The translations under genes were made by a program, and so were the position numbers. The notes beneath the pieces are model-generated. The model was not told where the DNA came from, searched no databases, and worked only from the letters and a program-made list of their open reading frames with translations. A stretch of DNA of 64,000 nt from Octopus sinensis (Eukaryota): positions 187,426,001-187,490,000 of the forward strand of contig NC_042997.1 of NCBI RefSeq assembly GCF_006345805.1. The letters run 5' to 3'. Within the stretch, counting starts at the first letter, position 1. Every line of letters begins with the position of its first letter. Shown piece by piece: positions 1 to 11,809 of the stretch.

Positions 1-129
1 TAACGACCCCTTCGGGTCGCTGTGAACTCAGAAAGAGGCGACATATGTCATCGAGTACTGTTAGTTCGCTGAGTATTTGCTTAGAAATAAAGTATTTAAG
101 CCAGGTGCAATGCTTATATTCTGAATACC

Positions 130-490
130 TTAATAACAATCTTTGTTGGGATTAGAAAATGAGTTGGATAAATGGATTATGAATGAGTAAAAAAAAATTG
201 ATGTTGTGGCAAAACCCAAATAATTTCACGACAAGGTCCTCGCCTTTAGTAATTTTCATAGAAGTTTTTAACATGGGGACACCAGTCTTGCAACACCCAA
301 CGGAAGTCCATATAAGATTTTGTTAAAGTTTGTGCAATAAACTGGTTATACTTTTACAATACATAAAATATTTTAATATTTTAAAATACAATTCCTAATA
401 TTTAATTCGGAAAAAGTATTTTTTTAAACATCGAATGGCTGTGAAGGTCCACTCGAGTATTTGAAAAAAAATGGTTGAGAATCATTCATC
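130..490. mobile_element. Possible hAT MITE remnant (one terminus)
   Basis: Ends aaaaaaatggttgagaatcat, resembling the TIR of the 47916-48228 family. No matching left TIR was found. Confidence 0.3.
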
Positions 491-2851
491 TAAACGGAGT
501 CATAAACTCGATGAGATATACTATAAAGAAATATGAATAAGAAACCACCGCGCAAATATTTAACTTGAATATGCTTAAAATAATCGACTGTGTGCGTGTG
601 TGCGGTTTTTCTTCTTCCAAAACTGAGGCGGGTGTGCATTCGTGAAACATTATCAGGTGAAAGGGGGATGCTGAGTAATAAAAGGTTGAAAAGGAACTAG
701 TGTGGGCTTGTACCTCAAGGTATTTGCGGTGGTTTTTCGGTATTCATTATAGAATGGATAAATTTAAGGCTAACCCCCATATTATAACTTGGTTTTGATT
801 TTCGGTTGGAACTATTTCATTTGAGAAAATTCATTAAAAAAAAAAAAGGTGGGGGACGGGGGTTGTTAAGGCACGAACAGTAAGTACTTTACATACTATA
901 AATTCGCGATGATATGTCAGTGGTTGGTCAAAAGAAAATATTGACAAAATACTGACAAATGATGTCAAATAGGGAGTAAGCTCTTGCCAATGCTAAGACG
1001 AGGTGTTCTGACTTGATTACGTAAACATTCATTAACTGTCGACCTCGCTGTGTTTTATTCAGATATGGTTAGTGATTTTTGGGAAGTTGTAATCGTGAAT
1101 ATCTCACACTTATTTACCGTCCACTAAAGCAGGTTTTTATGGCTATGTAGGCGGGTGCTTGCCGACTGGGTTTTAGGTACTAGATAAATTTTATGACACC
1201 TACTCATCTTTTCTATAAAACATGAAAAATTTCAAGATAGAAGCTAAATGAAATCCAGCTGTTAAAGGTGACTAGAGTCAGTACCATTAAAACTTCAAAA
1301 AAAGAAAATGCTAATAGAGAAAGATGAAGAAACCTATAGTTTTTAATTTTATTCCGTTCGAAATTTTTTACTTATTGCCTGAAGTTCATCTATTTCATTC
1401 TGTTTTACTAGAATCAAAAGTGGAAAATTATTCAGGAAATCGCGTGTGTGCTGGGAGTTTATGCACAACCAAGTCTGCTGTTTTTGTCCATTTTTCATAA
1501 CTCCACAATTTTTAACAGGGTTAGGGTATATACAAGTCAAAAACACATTAGAGGCTTTGCCTAATTGAAAAATAAAAATCAATTTACTCTATCACAGTTG
1601 CGTGAAATATTTATATTTTCGTTTTAAGGAAACGGTGTATAGAAGCAGCATGAGTTCCTTTCGAAGGTAATACAGTATATATTTTTACAAGTAGCCGTTA
1701 ACAGAAAATTATTAGTTTTATTCATTTTACGGAACTGCCGAACGAGGGATTTAAGATATGACAAAGATGAAATAAAAGTCACTTGATAGCGATTAATATT
1801 ATAGAGGTATTAATTAATTTGTTGAAAGGTAATAAGAGATAGATATGTTTAGATAGACAGATAGATAGAAATAGAGAATGGGACCAGTAAAATAGAGAAA
1901 TGTTTATTCTCATTCGTGTAAGTAACAAATGCTGGAAATAATTTTTAGAAATGATCTTTAATTTCTGTTGATAATTATATGAACCGACATAAGTCGGTGA
2001 AATTTATCCCTGTAAACAGATAGAGCTTTACGAAAACATATTTTCTTTCATAGTTTATTCACCTAAATATATTTTGCTTCACTAATCATTTTATAGTTAG
2101 AGGTACACTGTCTTTTCTCATACATGCCTACAAAAATATTTACTTCGCCGCTCGTCTATTTTAGCGGGATTTGTTTTCTTTTTACTACGAAAAGCAAATA
2201 TTAAGAGTTTATGTCAATTGCGTGTGTGTGTATTTTAGAAACGAACCGACGAGGGCGTTCTGAGTGCTCGCTCGACCTGCTAGAAACAGCAGCAGCCAAA
2301 TCGAACAATAATGTCTTTAAAAACAAGAAAGAAAGAAGTAATACACTTAGTAAAATTAGCATGGTCACGATTTAAGGTTATCTGGAGTCAACCATATACA
2401 CACAGCCTGAGTATATATTTCTTACATAAAGAAATATGTCTTTAAACTACACACACACACACGCAATTTACAACATGTATTATATTAGCGCGCAATGCGC
2501 ACTAAAGGAAAGTTTTAACATGAAGACGAATTTATTCCAACATATTGCTTATCAATGCCTTGAGATATGCTTTGCCTACTATTTAAATGTCCATTTAGTT
2601 AGTTCTTATATCTGGGCCCTCGAGGAAATAATGTCTTCTGAGACTTGTCGCATATATATAGGAATAAAATTCTTCACATTTACCGTACTTAATGTATTTA
2701 TCATAATCATTATATTTTCGCGATCCTTAGTGAATCTACATTGCTTTCCTCTCTCTCTCTTTTTTTTTTTTTAGTACGGGTAACGTTTATATTCTAGGAA
2801 TCTTTAATCTAAAACTTATCCGTCTATCAACAAGAACCGTGCGTGTGTGAA

Positions 2852-3070
2852 GGCGGCGAACTGGCAGAATCGTTAGCACGCCGGGCGAAATGCTTAGCTG
2901 AATTTCGTCTGTCTTTACATTCTGAGTTCAAATCCCGCCGAGGTCGACTTTGCCTTTCAACCTTGCGAAAATCGATAAATTAAGTACCAGTTGCGTACTG
3001 AGGTCGATCTAATCGACTGGTTCCCCCCCCCCACAAAATTTCGGGCTTTGTACCTAGAAGAGATAAGAAT
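2852..3070 (+). mobile_element. tRNA-derived SINE family A (CpG intact)
   Basis: Head ggcggcgaactggcagaatcgttagc with B-box-like gagttcaaatccc and central gtcgactttgcctttca..gataaattaagtaccag. Many copies occur in the window. Confidence 0.9.
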
Positions 3071-3369
3071 TGTGCGTGTGTACAGTTTCCTTCTTTATCT
3101 TGTGCGGTTTGGTACGCGCGCTTCCCTTGACTTCCAAATGCGTGTGTGCCTACAACCTGGTATATATTATTAACATGTATTTATATGCATTAATATTAGA
3201 CAATATTATTTAAGGTATCAATATTATAACATTTAGTTTGGTCTTATGCCAAAATTTGAAACTAATATTACATTTAGTCGTAATACGAAGCATCTTAACA
3301 GACGCGTGCACACACGCATTTTGATATATACACATACATATACTGAACATGAATATGTATATAACAATC

Positions 3370-3413
<44 letters not shown>

Positions 3414-4220
3414 TATAATTATAAACATAATTATAATTAGGGGTCAGCTAATTGATTGCTTCATCACATACCAAATTTAGAAATTGGAGTTAAAAATTCC
3501 TTTTCTAACTTTTGTATGTAAATACATAACTGGAAATATATATTGAAACGTTTGAGCAACTAGGGTGTAGATATATAGATATATATTGAAAATAGGGAAG
3601 GCCGGTTTATGGGATTACCTTAAGTTTCTCGTCCATAAAGGATTTTCCCCATTTTTAATAATATATACTGCTGTATATCTTAGAGTGTGCTTCTTTCGGA
3701 TTTGTTTTTTTACAGACGATATATATGCATACACACACACACACGCACGAATGTATGTTTATGTTAACATAACTGACAAATCATTTAATAGCATTTCATG
3801 TGTGTGTATGTTTATACATACGCACACACACACCAGCAATTATTGCTAAGGAACAGGGGTGTCGTGGTGGCAGTCGCGCTAGATTGCCGGACTTAAATGC
3901 TGTCATGTAATATATTTCGGCGCTTAATCGTTAACTAGCTCTCTGTATTTAGTTTCTCTTTTGTTCCTCATTGTTCTCAGGTCAAATTCCACCGACGTCA
4001 ACATTCATATGCGTCTGGGTCGTGAAATGTCCCCTGGCTTCCTGGTTTTGGGTGCGTTTAATAAATAGGTTCTCTGACTTTTCCGGTTCTTTTTTTCTTC
4101 CTTTTTTTTTTTTTCAATTTAATCAGGACCACGAAAAATTTGGTTTCGATTCTCACATGATTCTTTTTTGTTGCTGCCTACAAACGTCTTCTTTCAAGTA
4201 AAGATAACTTATAGGCATAA

Positions 4221-4601
4221 CTAGCAGTATCGCCCGGCGTTGCTCGGGTTTGTAAGGGAAATAACTATAAAGCATTTTTAGAGAGTTATAGCCAAAAAAT
4301 AGCAAAAAAATGGAGAAAAAAATGATGGTAAATTTTTTTTGATAGTCATGGGGACGCAACTCGACCTTTTTAACTATCTGTGGTTTGTGTTTCTGATTGT
4401 CGACCCCATGTCGAATTTATCGATCTTTTTCAGAACTGGGGAAACTTTTCAAAATTTTCGCTGCGTTAGTTTTGAATTATGACATTGGGCTATGTGTGTG
4501 TCAAGTTTCATCACAATCGGTTGAAAGCCGTGGTCAGGGTGAGGGTACAACCAAACAGACACACAGAAACACACACAAACTGCCGTTTATATAGAGAGAG
4601 A
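4221..4601 (-). mobile_element. Non-autonomous Helitron (Lep1/HINE-like architecture)
   Basis: On the minus strand it begins A|TC (4601). It ends with hairpin cccg-agcaacgc-cggg, 8 nt, then CTAG|T (4224-4221), so it sits between A and T with no TSD. It carries a short acacac/agac-type repeat near the 5' end. Confidence 0.82.
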
Positions 4602-4666
4602 TGTTGGATTTCATTCACAATTATTCCCAAGCAAACACACGCACGCGCACACACTATTTAGCTATT

Positions 4667-4700
<34 letters not shown>

Positions 4701-4726
4701 CGCGCGAGTCATCATTTTTTTTTTAT

Positions 4727-5090
4727 GTTTCATTCATTGAACTGCGGCCATGCTGGGGTACCGCCTTTAAGCGCTTAGTCAAACAAATCGATCTCAGTAC
4801 TTATTATTTATTAATTTTTTTTTTTGTAAAGCAAGGTACTTATATCTGTCCCTTTTTGCTGAACCCCTAATCTACGGGGGCGTTAACAAACCAGCACTAG
4901 ATGTCAAGCGGTGGTGAGGAACAGACACACACACACTGTGCGTGTATATATAATGTATATATATACTCGACGGGCTTCTTTCACTGTCCGTTTACCAAAT
5001 CCATTTACAAAGGCTTTAGTTGGCCCGAGGCAATAGAAGATGCCCAAGGTACCGCGCTGCGAGACGGAACCCAAATCCATGTAGTTGAGA
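4727..5090 (-). mobile_element. tRNA-derived SINE family B with internal (CA/TA)n
   Basis: Reverse complement of the B body: actgcggccatgctgggg..cgacgggcttctttca..caaatcca..acaaggcttt..gcccaagg. CpG largely intact. Confidence 0.85.
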
Positions 5091-5573
5091 AAAAGATAAT
5101 AAATCAATCGGATAGTGTACCTTGCCTTTTGTTACACACACACACACGTGTGTGTGTGTGTATACGGATGCGCACTCGTCAGAGAGAGTCAGTCAGACGA
5201 ATAGAGACAATGGCTAGGAAACTAGAAAAATATGTATGTTTTAATATAAATATGGAATTTTGTGTGATTGTCAAATCTCCGAACTTGTGAAACTAACTAT
5301 AAGTGATTATTAATATTCAGGAAGCTGGTGACCAAATTATTCTAAATTTTTTTTTCCATTGGTTTTAGACAAGAGGCTGTGCTAATGCCTTGGCACAGGC
5401 TGTCATTTTTATTATTCATCAACAAATTGATCCCAGATACTTTTCCCCCTTCATCGTTTGATAAATATATATATATATATATATATACATACACACACGC
5501 ACACACACATACATACATACATATATACACACCGCGCGTGCACACACACATGTATAGATTATATGAGCCTGTG

Positions 5574-5627
<54 letters not shown>

Positions 5628-6026
5628 TTGTATGTGTGGGCATCGCAGGTCTTCAGATATATTTATTAGTACTATCTAGTATAGACGATGAACAATAAAT
5701 CCATTCTATAGATACTCTGTTTGCGATCTGTAAGCTATATCACTTCAGTTACATCGCTAATGTATGAATGTCCCTTTATTTTATTTACCGTTCCCTGTTT
5801 TGGGGTTTATAAGGTATTGCTATACTGCTACTATACTCTACGAAGAATGGCATTAATTAGAAATTTGATGGAATTTTCGTTTCCCATTTCCGCTAGAACG
5901 TCTTTTATATTAGTTTAATTTCCAATATTGTGAATATGGCAATTGTTTTTGTTCTTTTCCGGCTGCATAATTAAAAAAAATAATAATAAGATTCTGTATG
6001 CGTACATGCGTGCGCACACACACACA

Positions 6027-6463
6027 TCTTTTACTTGAATCTCTGGGCTGCGGCTAGCCTGCAGCACCACCACCTTGAAGGGCTTAGTCGAACAAATAGG
6101 TACCAGTAATTAATCTTATCATGTCTGATACTTTCTCTATCGGCCTCTGCCGAACCGCTAACTTACGGGGACGTCAACAAACCAAAACCGTTGTCAAGTG
6201 GTGGTGGGAACAAACAGTTACACACATATAATATATGACTGTGTATGTATGTAAAGGCGGTGCTCCAGCATGACCGCAGTCAAATGACTGAAACAAATAA
6301 AAGAATACACGACGGTCTTCTTTCAGTTTCTGCTTCATAATCCATTTATAGTGCTTTGGTGGATCTGCGGCTATAGAAGATACTTACCTAAGATGCCATC
6401 TATTAGGATTGAACCTGAAACCATGTCGTTGGGAAACGAACTTTTTACCACACAGCTACGCCT
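6027..6463 (-). mobile_element. SINE B (duplicated at 7580-8013)
   Basis: Same B body. A plus-strand B tail fragment (6256-6307) sits in its internal microsatellite. Confidence 0.85.
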
Positions 6464-6571
6464 CCATCTTTTCCAAAATCATTAATAGTAGATTTGCTAT
6501 TATTAGTGATTTAAATATCTATAACTGTCTAGAAAAACTCTCATAGCTGGAATGTTCGCGCGTTCTTTAAC

Positions 6572-6612
<41 letters not shown>

Positions 6613-7579
6613 TACATTATGGGTGGAAAAACATAATGGCACACAAGGATACAAGAACTATTTTGTGAACAATTTTAAGTTTAATGAGGTTGCATTTCGT
6701 ATGCTTACGTTTTCGGGTGATAACAAAGATAGGAATATTTGCTGTAACTTCATTTAACTTGTCAAACGATTTTTATCCAGACAGAATTTAGCCAAAAATT
6801 ATTTTCCAGTATTTCAATTATTTGTAGAATTTTTCTTCCTTTCTATATTTGCCAACATTGAAGGCTTCCATTCCAGGTTTCTCATGCGCATCCTTTTCAC
6901 TCTTTTATACATAATCATTTTCGATGGTTTGCAGTTAATTATCCGGCGTCATTTCGATGAAAATTTTCTCACAATTTTTAAAAATTAGCTCAACGATTAG
7001 CTTCTTCAGGTTGATCGATCACTATGTACGTTTTTAAAATACAAATGCCTTTTTCGATTGCATATAAATATAGAAATATATAGCAATATATTTTAAGAGA
7101 CATATGGTATGCCAAAGAAATATTATGCTAAGAAATATATATATATATATATATAATATATATATATATATGTGTGTGTTTGTATGTGTGGGCATCGCAG
7201 GTCTTCAGATATATTTATTAGTACTATCTAGTATAGACGATGAACAATAAATCCATTCTATAGATACTCTGTTTGCGATCTGTAAGCTATATCACTTCAG
7301 TTACATCGCTAATGTATGAATGTCCCTTTATTTTATTTACCGTTCCCTGTTTTGGGGTTTATAAGGTATTGCTATACTGCTACTATACTCTACGAAGAAT
7401 GGCATTAATTAGAAATTTGATGGAATTTTCGTTTCCCATTTCCGCTAGAACGTCTTTTATATTAGTTTAATTTCCAATATTGTGAATATGGCAATTGTTT
7501 TTGTTCTTTTCCGGCTGCATAATTAAAAAAAAATAATAATAAGATTCTGTATGCGTACATGCGTGCGCACACACACACA

Positions 7580-8013
7580 TCTTTTACTTGAATCTCTGGG
7601 CTGCGGCTAGCCTGCAGCACCACCTTGAAGGGCTTAGTCGAACAAATAGGTACCAGTAATTAATCTTATCATGTCTGATACTTTCTCTATCGGCCTCTGC
7701 CGAACCGCTAACTTACGGGGACGTCAACAAACCAAAACCGTTGTCAAGTGGTGGTGGGAACAAACAGTTACACACATATAATATATGACTGTGTATGTAT
7801 GTAAAGGCGGTGCTCCAGCATGACCGCAGTCAAATGACTGAAACAAATAAAAGAATACACGACGGTCTTCTTTCAGTTTCTGCTTCATAATCCATTTATA
7901 GTGCTTTGGTGGATCTGCGGCTATAGAAGATACTTACCTAAGATGCCATCTATTAGGATTGAACCTGAAACCATGTCGTTGGGAAACGAACTTTTTACCA
8001 CACAGCTACGCCT
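7580..8013 (-). mobile_element. SINE B (second unit of the tandem duplication)
   Basis: Copy of 6027-6463. Confidence 0.85.
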
Positions 8014-8121
8014 CCATCTTTTCCAAAATCATTAATAGTAGATTTGCTATTATTAGTGATTTAAATATCTATAACTGTCTAGAAAAACTCTCATAGCTGG
8101 AATGTTCGCGCGTTCTTTAAC

Positions 8122-8160
<39 letters not shown>

Positions 8161-9389
8161 TACATTATGGGTGGAAAAACATAATGGCACACAAGGATAC
8201 AAGAACTATTTTGTGAACAATTTTAAGTTTAATGAGGTTGCATTTCGTATGCTTACGTTTTCGGGTGATAACAAAGATAGGAATATTTGCTGTAACTTCA
8301 TTTAACTTGTCAAACGATTTTTATCCAGACAGAATTTAGCCAAAAATTATTTTCCAGTATTTCAATTATTTGTAGAATTTTTCTTCCTTTCTATATTTGC
8401 CAACATTGAAGGCTTCCATTCCAGGTTTCTCATGCGCATCCTTTTCACTCTTTTATACATAATCATTTTCGATGGTTTGCAGTTAATTATCCGGCGTCAT
8501 TTCGATGAAAATTTTCTCACAATTTTTAAAAATTAGCTCAACGATTAGCTTCTTCAGGTTGATCGATCACTATGTACGTTTTTAAAATACAAATGCCTTT
8601 TTCGATTGCATATAAATATAGAAATATATAGCAATATATTTTAAGAGACATATGGTATGCCAAAGAAATATTATGCTAAGAAATATATATATATATATAT
8701 ATATACATATATAAATAACACCATCTTTGTTGAATAATGATATTGTCTTATTTTCGAAAAGGCACGTGTTTTGTAGTGATTAACTGCAAATTGATTCATG
8801 ACAAAACTCCCCCCTGTTCAATTAATACTACTACTTAGGTTGAACTTCGCTTTTCTATTAACACAAATGAAGGGTGAGGCAAAATGAAAGTAATGATTTA
8901 AAATAGGCAATTATCTTCTAAACACTTGAAGTATTGGCATTTCTCAAATCTTATGTTATTTCGATGAAGTTCACATTGATCGCTAATAAACATTCATTCC
9001 CTTCTACTTTTTAACAATCTGTGTTATGATTGTATTAGTAATAAAGAAATTAACATCTTTCTCTTCGTTTAAAACATTATTTACTACCCCTGCTTTCCCG
9101 TGTCAATCGTTATGTATTTTATTCTGAGACACATCAGTTTAACCATGGTGATAGATCAGTATCATAAAAGAGAGCAATATGAATTCATTAGCATCAACCT
9201 TAATTTGGAGGAAAGACACGCCAACAATGTTTCTTTGTTAATTTTTAGATCTGTTCCTCAACATTATAAATTAAATTACATTTACTGTCTGTCTGTCTGT
9301 CTCCCACATGCATACACAACTATCTATCTATCTGTCTAATATATATATATTTATATACACATACATGTATGTATGTATATAATTTATAG

Positions 9390-9560
9390 AAAAACCACTA
9401 TTAAACAATTCAATAAAGAAAGATGTTGTTCACACCATATAGAAAACATATACTATAAAAAAAAACAACTTATTTTAAAAATCAATAAAGTACAATAAAT
9501 AGTAAATAGTAGTAAAAAGACTACGCACGTTTCATGGCTATATTTTCAAATAGATAATAA
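9390..9560 (-). mobile_element. Possible Penelope-like pseudo-LTR remnant of a different family
   Basis: The minus strand has ttgaaaatatagccatGAAACGTgcgtagtc, a decayed version of the (C)TGAAGA..stem..GAAACGT motif common in PLE termini, next to TA repeats. Confidence 0.3.
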
Positions 9561-10033
9561 TAATAAAATCAATTCGATTCAAAATTAAATCAAACTAAAA
9601 TATTTCTATTTAAAAATTAGCTTCATAGTGTGATTGATGAATATAATAATATTATATATACACATATACACACACTTTTGCACACAAGATATATATCAAG
9701 TGTCAAAATCATGATGATATCTAATTGGCAACTGATGGTTAAAGTTTCCCAGTTAAATATGTTATTTATTCTCTCATTAGTGTCCCAAATTGTTGTGACT
9801 ATCCTGTTTGATTTGTTTTATTCACCCTGGAGAATGCCGGTTATTTTTTATTGTTCTTTTGTAGATTTTGTATTAAGTACTTGAAAGAAATCTTATTCTA
9901 GGGTACTGTTTTTATAAATTAGTGTAATTTATTAAGATGGTTGTATTGACATATGCTGTGTGTAATGTCTTTATATGATCTATGACATATCTGTCTATCT
10001 ATCTATCTATATATATATATATATATATATATA

Positions 10034-10239
10034 CACCCTTCTGTCCGGCACTAGACACTATGATAGATCGTTAGCCACTACACACATTTTTTTCTCTCCT
10101 TGTTTTTTCTGTGTCCCTTTCTGTGGAAGAGCGTAGGCTCGAAACGTAAAAGACTTTTTCTATTCCTGAGCGTTATACTAATACATCTGTTTGTTTTGTA
10201 CACCACCTGTCTTCATCTTTTGTTTTTTTCGTAAACTCT

Positions 10240-10242
<3 letters not shown>
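10034..10242 (+). mobile_element. ~200-bp repeat embedded in (TA)n with a hammerhead-like motif (Penelope pseudo-LTR/retrozyme-like), copy 1
   Basis: Flanked on both sides by (TA)n. Contains cttt-CTGTGGA-A-GAGC-gtag-GCTC-GAAACGTA-aaag at 10117-10152. A second copy lies at 40730-40896. Confidence 0.7.
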
Positions 10243-10297
<55 letters not shown>

Positions 10298-10461
10298 GTA
10301 AATGTGTGTGTAGATATAACTTTAATTATAGTATTTTAGGGATTTATTTGTTGTCTTAACTGCTTGCTTGCTAGGTATTTCCCATTCTACATTTCTGTAA
10401 CTTGACTAAACTTAACTAATAACTACAAATTAAATTCCAGTGTACATCTCCATCCTATTAA

Positions 10462-10573
10462 ATGCATCCAGAATTTACTGCAATCAAGTATATTTGGTTA
10501 ATTTTTATCCTAGCTTTCTTGTTGAGACATGGAACCTGTATCCAGTGTTCTTTTGCATTGTGCTTAATCTCAG
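10462..10573 (+). CDS. Candidate signal-peptide exon of the DDR-like gene
   Basis: Acceptor-like ttccag ends at 10440 with branch-like cttaactaat upstream. ATG at 10462 gives MHPEFTAIKYIWLIFILAFLLRHGTCIQCSFALCLIS, with hydrophobic core IWLIFILAFLL. A phase-1 donor CAG|gtggga at 10573/10574 would join in frame to 57971 (G+AA = Glu). The donor is weak and there is no homology support. Confidence 0.28.
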
Positions 10574-11366
10574 GTGGGATACTATGCAACAGTGGGGGAT
10601 CAGCAACAAACAAAGCCTGCAATGTGAAACTGAAGTTTAAAATATGTCTTCAATCTACAGGAGATGTGGTAGAAGAACAGATCAGAAGTTTGTTCATATT
10701 GATATTCAGAGTATTAGAGTTCAACTTGAAAACATTTGAAAAGAATTAATATAATTTATTGTTTCTTTTACAAGTCTATCATTTTTAGAACAACTACATT
10801 ACTTTCTTTCGCTTCTTTTTTTTGTTTTTTTCTTTCTTCCATATCTATTTTGTAATAGCATTTGATTTTTTTTTTCCACGTTTTTCTATCCATAAATGTA
10901 GACTCTTTAGTATATAATTATGTCTAATTTAAAATCATTCTCACTTGTTTGGTGTTTCTTTCCTTCTATTTCTGAATTGCATTTACGTAAGATACCAATT
11001 AGATAAGGACAAATCTACTGCTTTTAGGTTTCCCTGAGTAAAATAAATAATTAACATGATATTGAATCCTCTCAAGCTGCACACACTGAAAACTTTCCAA
11101 CATGAAATATAGGAAACCCATCAGTACTTAATAGTCAGACAGATTCATAGAAGGAAGTGTTTTGTAACTGAGAAGAAGCTTATTTATTTGTTTTTTGTTT
11201 TTTTCACCAGATTTAAACTTGATAATACTAAATGGAAACTTGTATGTACTCCATTTATTGATGAACATTAACAGTTTTAGTTTAGTTTGAGACAAACTGC
11301 TAAGTCTTGTGAGTGGATTTAGAGAATGGAAACTGAAAGAAGCCTCTCATATATCTATGTACATGG

Positions 11367-11406
<40 letters not shown>

Positions 11407-11417
11407 ACACACACGTA

Positions 11418-11760
11418 CCAGGGTATGCTGTAAAGTTCCTGGCTGTAAGGGTATTGCAATAGGCCTGATTGGAGGCCCAGCCTTTCGAGTTCTTTTGCAG
11501 GGCTTAGAAAAACTGAAGGACTACTGCAATAAGTGTGTCTTGGAGTAAATAATTTTGATTAGATCTTACAGTAGAGGAGAAAAATTTTTTTTAAATGAAA
11601 TACTGAAAGCATAAAAAACATATTTTTACATATAAATTTAAAGAGAAAAATCTCTTTGTTAGCATTTCACTTTTGCATACCATGTTGGATAAAATCATAA
11701 TTAACTGATCCTCCTGTATTTTCTTTTACCCAAAGTCAAGAACTTTTCAGTACCCACTTC
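11418..11760. mobile_element. Mariner-derived MITE carrying a foreign 146-bp insert
   Basis: TA precedes ccagggtatgctgtaaagttcctggct. The other end, agtcaagaacttttcagtacccacttc, is its degenerate inverted copy (~27 bp TIR). Confidence 0.75.
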
Positions 11761-11809
11761 AATGTGTGTGTGTATATATATATATATATGCATACAGATG
11801 TATATTATC

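Larger units (their letters stand above)
5619..8690. repeat. Direct tandem duplication, ~1.55-kb unit x2 (5619-7140 and 7171-8690)
   Basis: Offset is 1552 at the start and 1548 at the end. The only differences I saw are slippage indels: A8/A9, (CAC)3/(CAC)2 and (CA)11/(CA)10. (TA)n tracts lie at all three junctions. Confidence 0.97.

Noticed and set aside
4-19. cgaccc-cttc-gggtcg hairpin
   Set aside because: A 6-bp stem at the window edge with no U-tract or context; probably part of a repeat.
590-725. Possible non-coding first exon ending AAG|gtattt at 719
   Set aside because: It is plausible in a CpG-retaining zone, but there is no transcript or motif support.
5721-7470. Identical 65-aa ORFs at 5721 and 7273 suggesting a duplicated gene
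   Set aside because: They are a by-product of the tandem duplication, start with TTG and have no recognisable domain.
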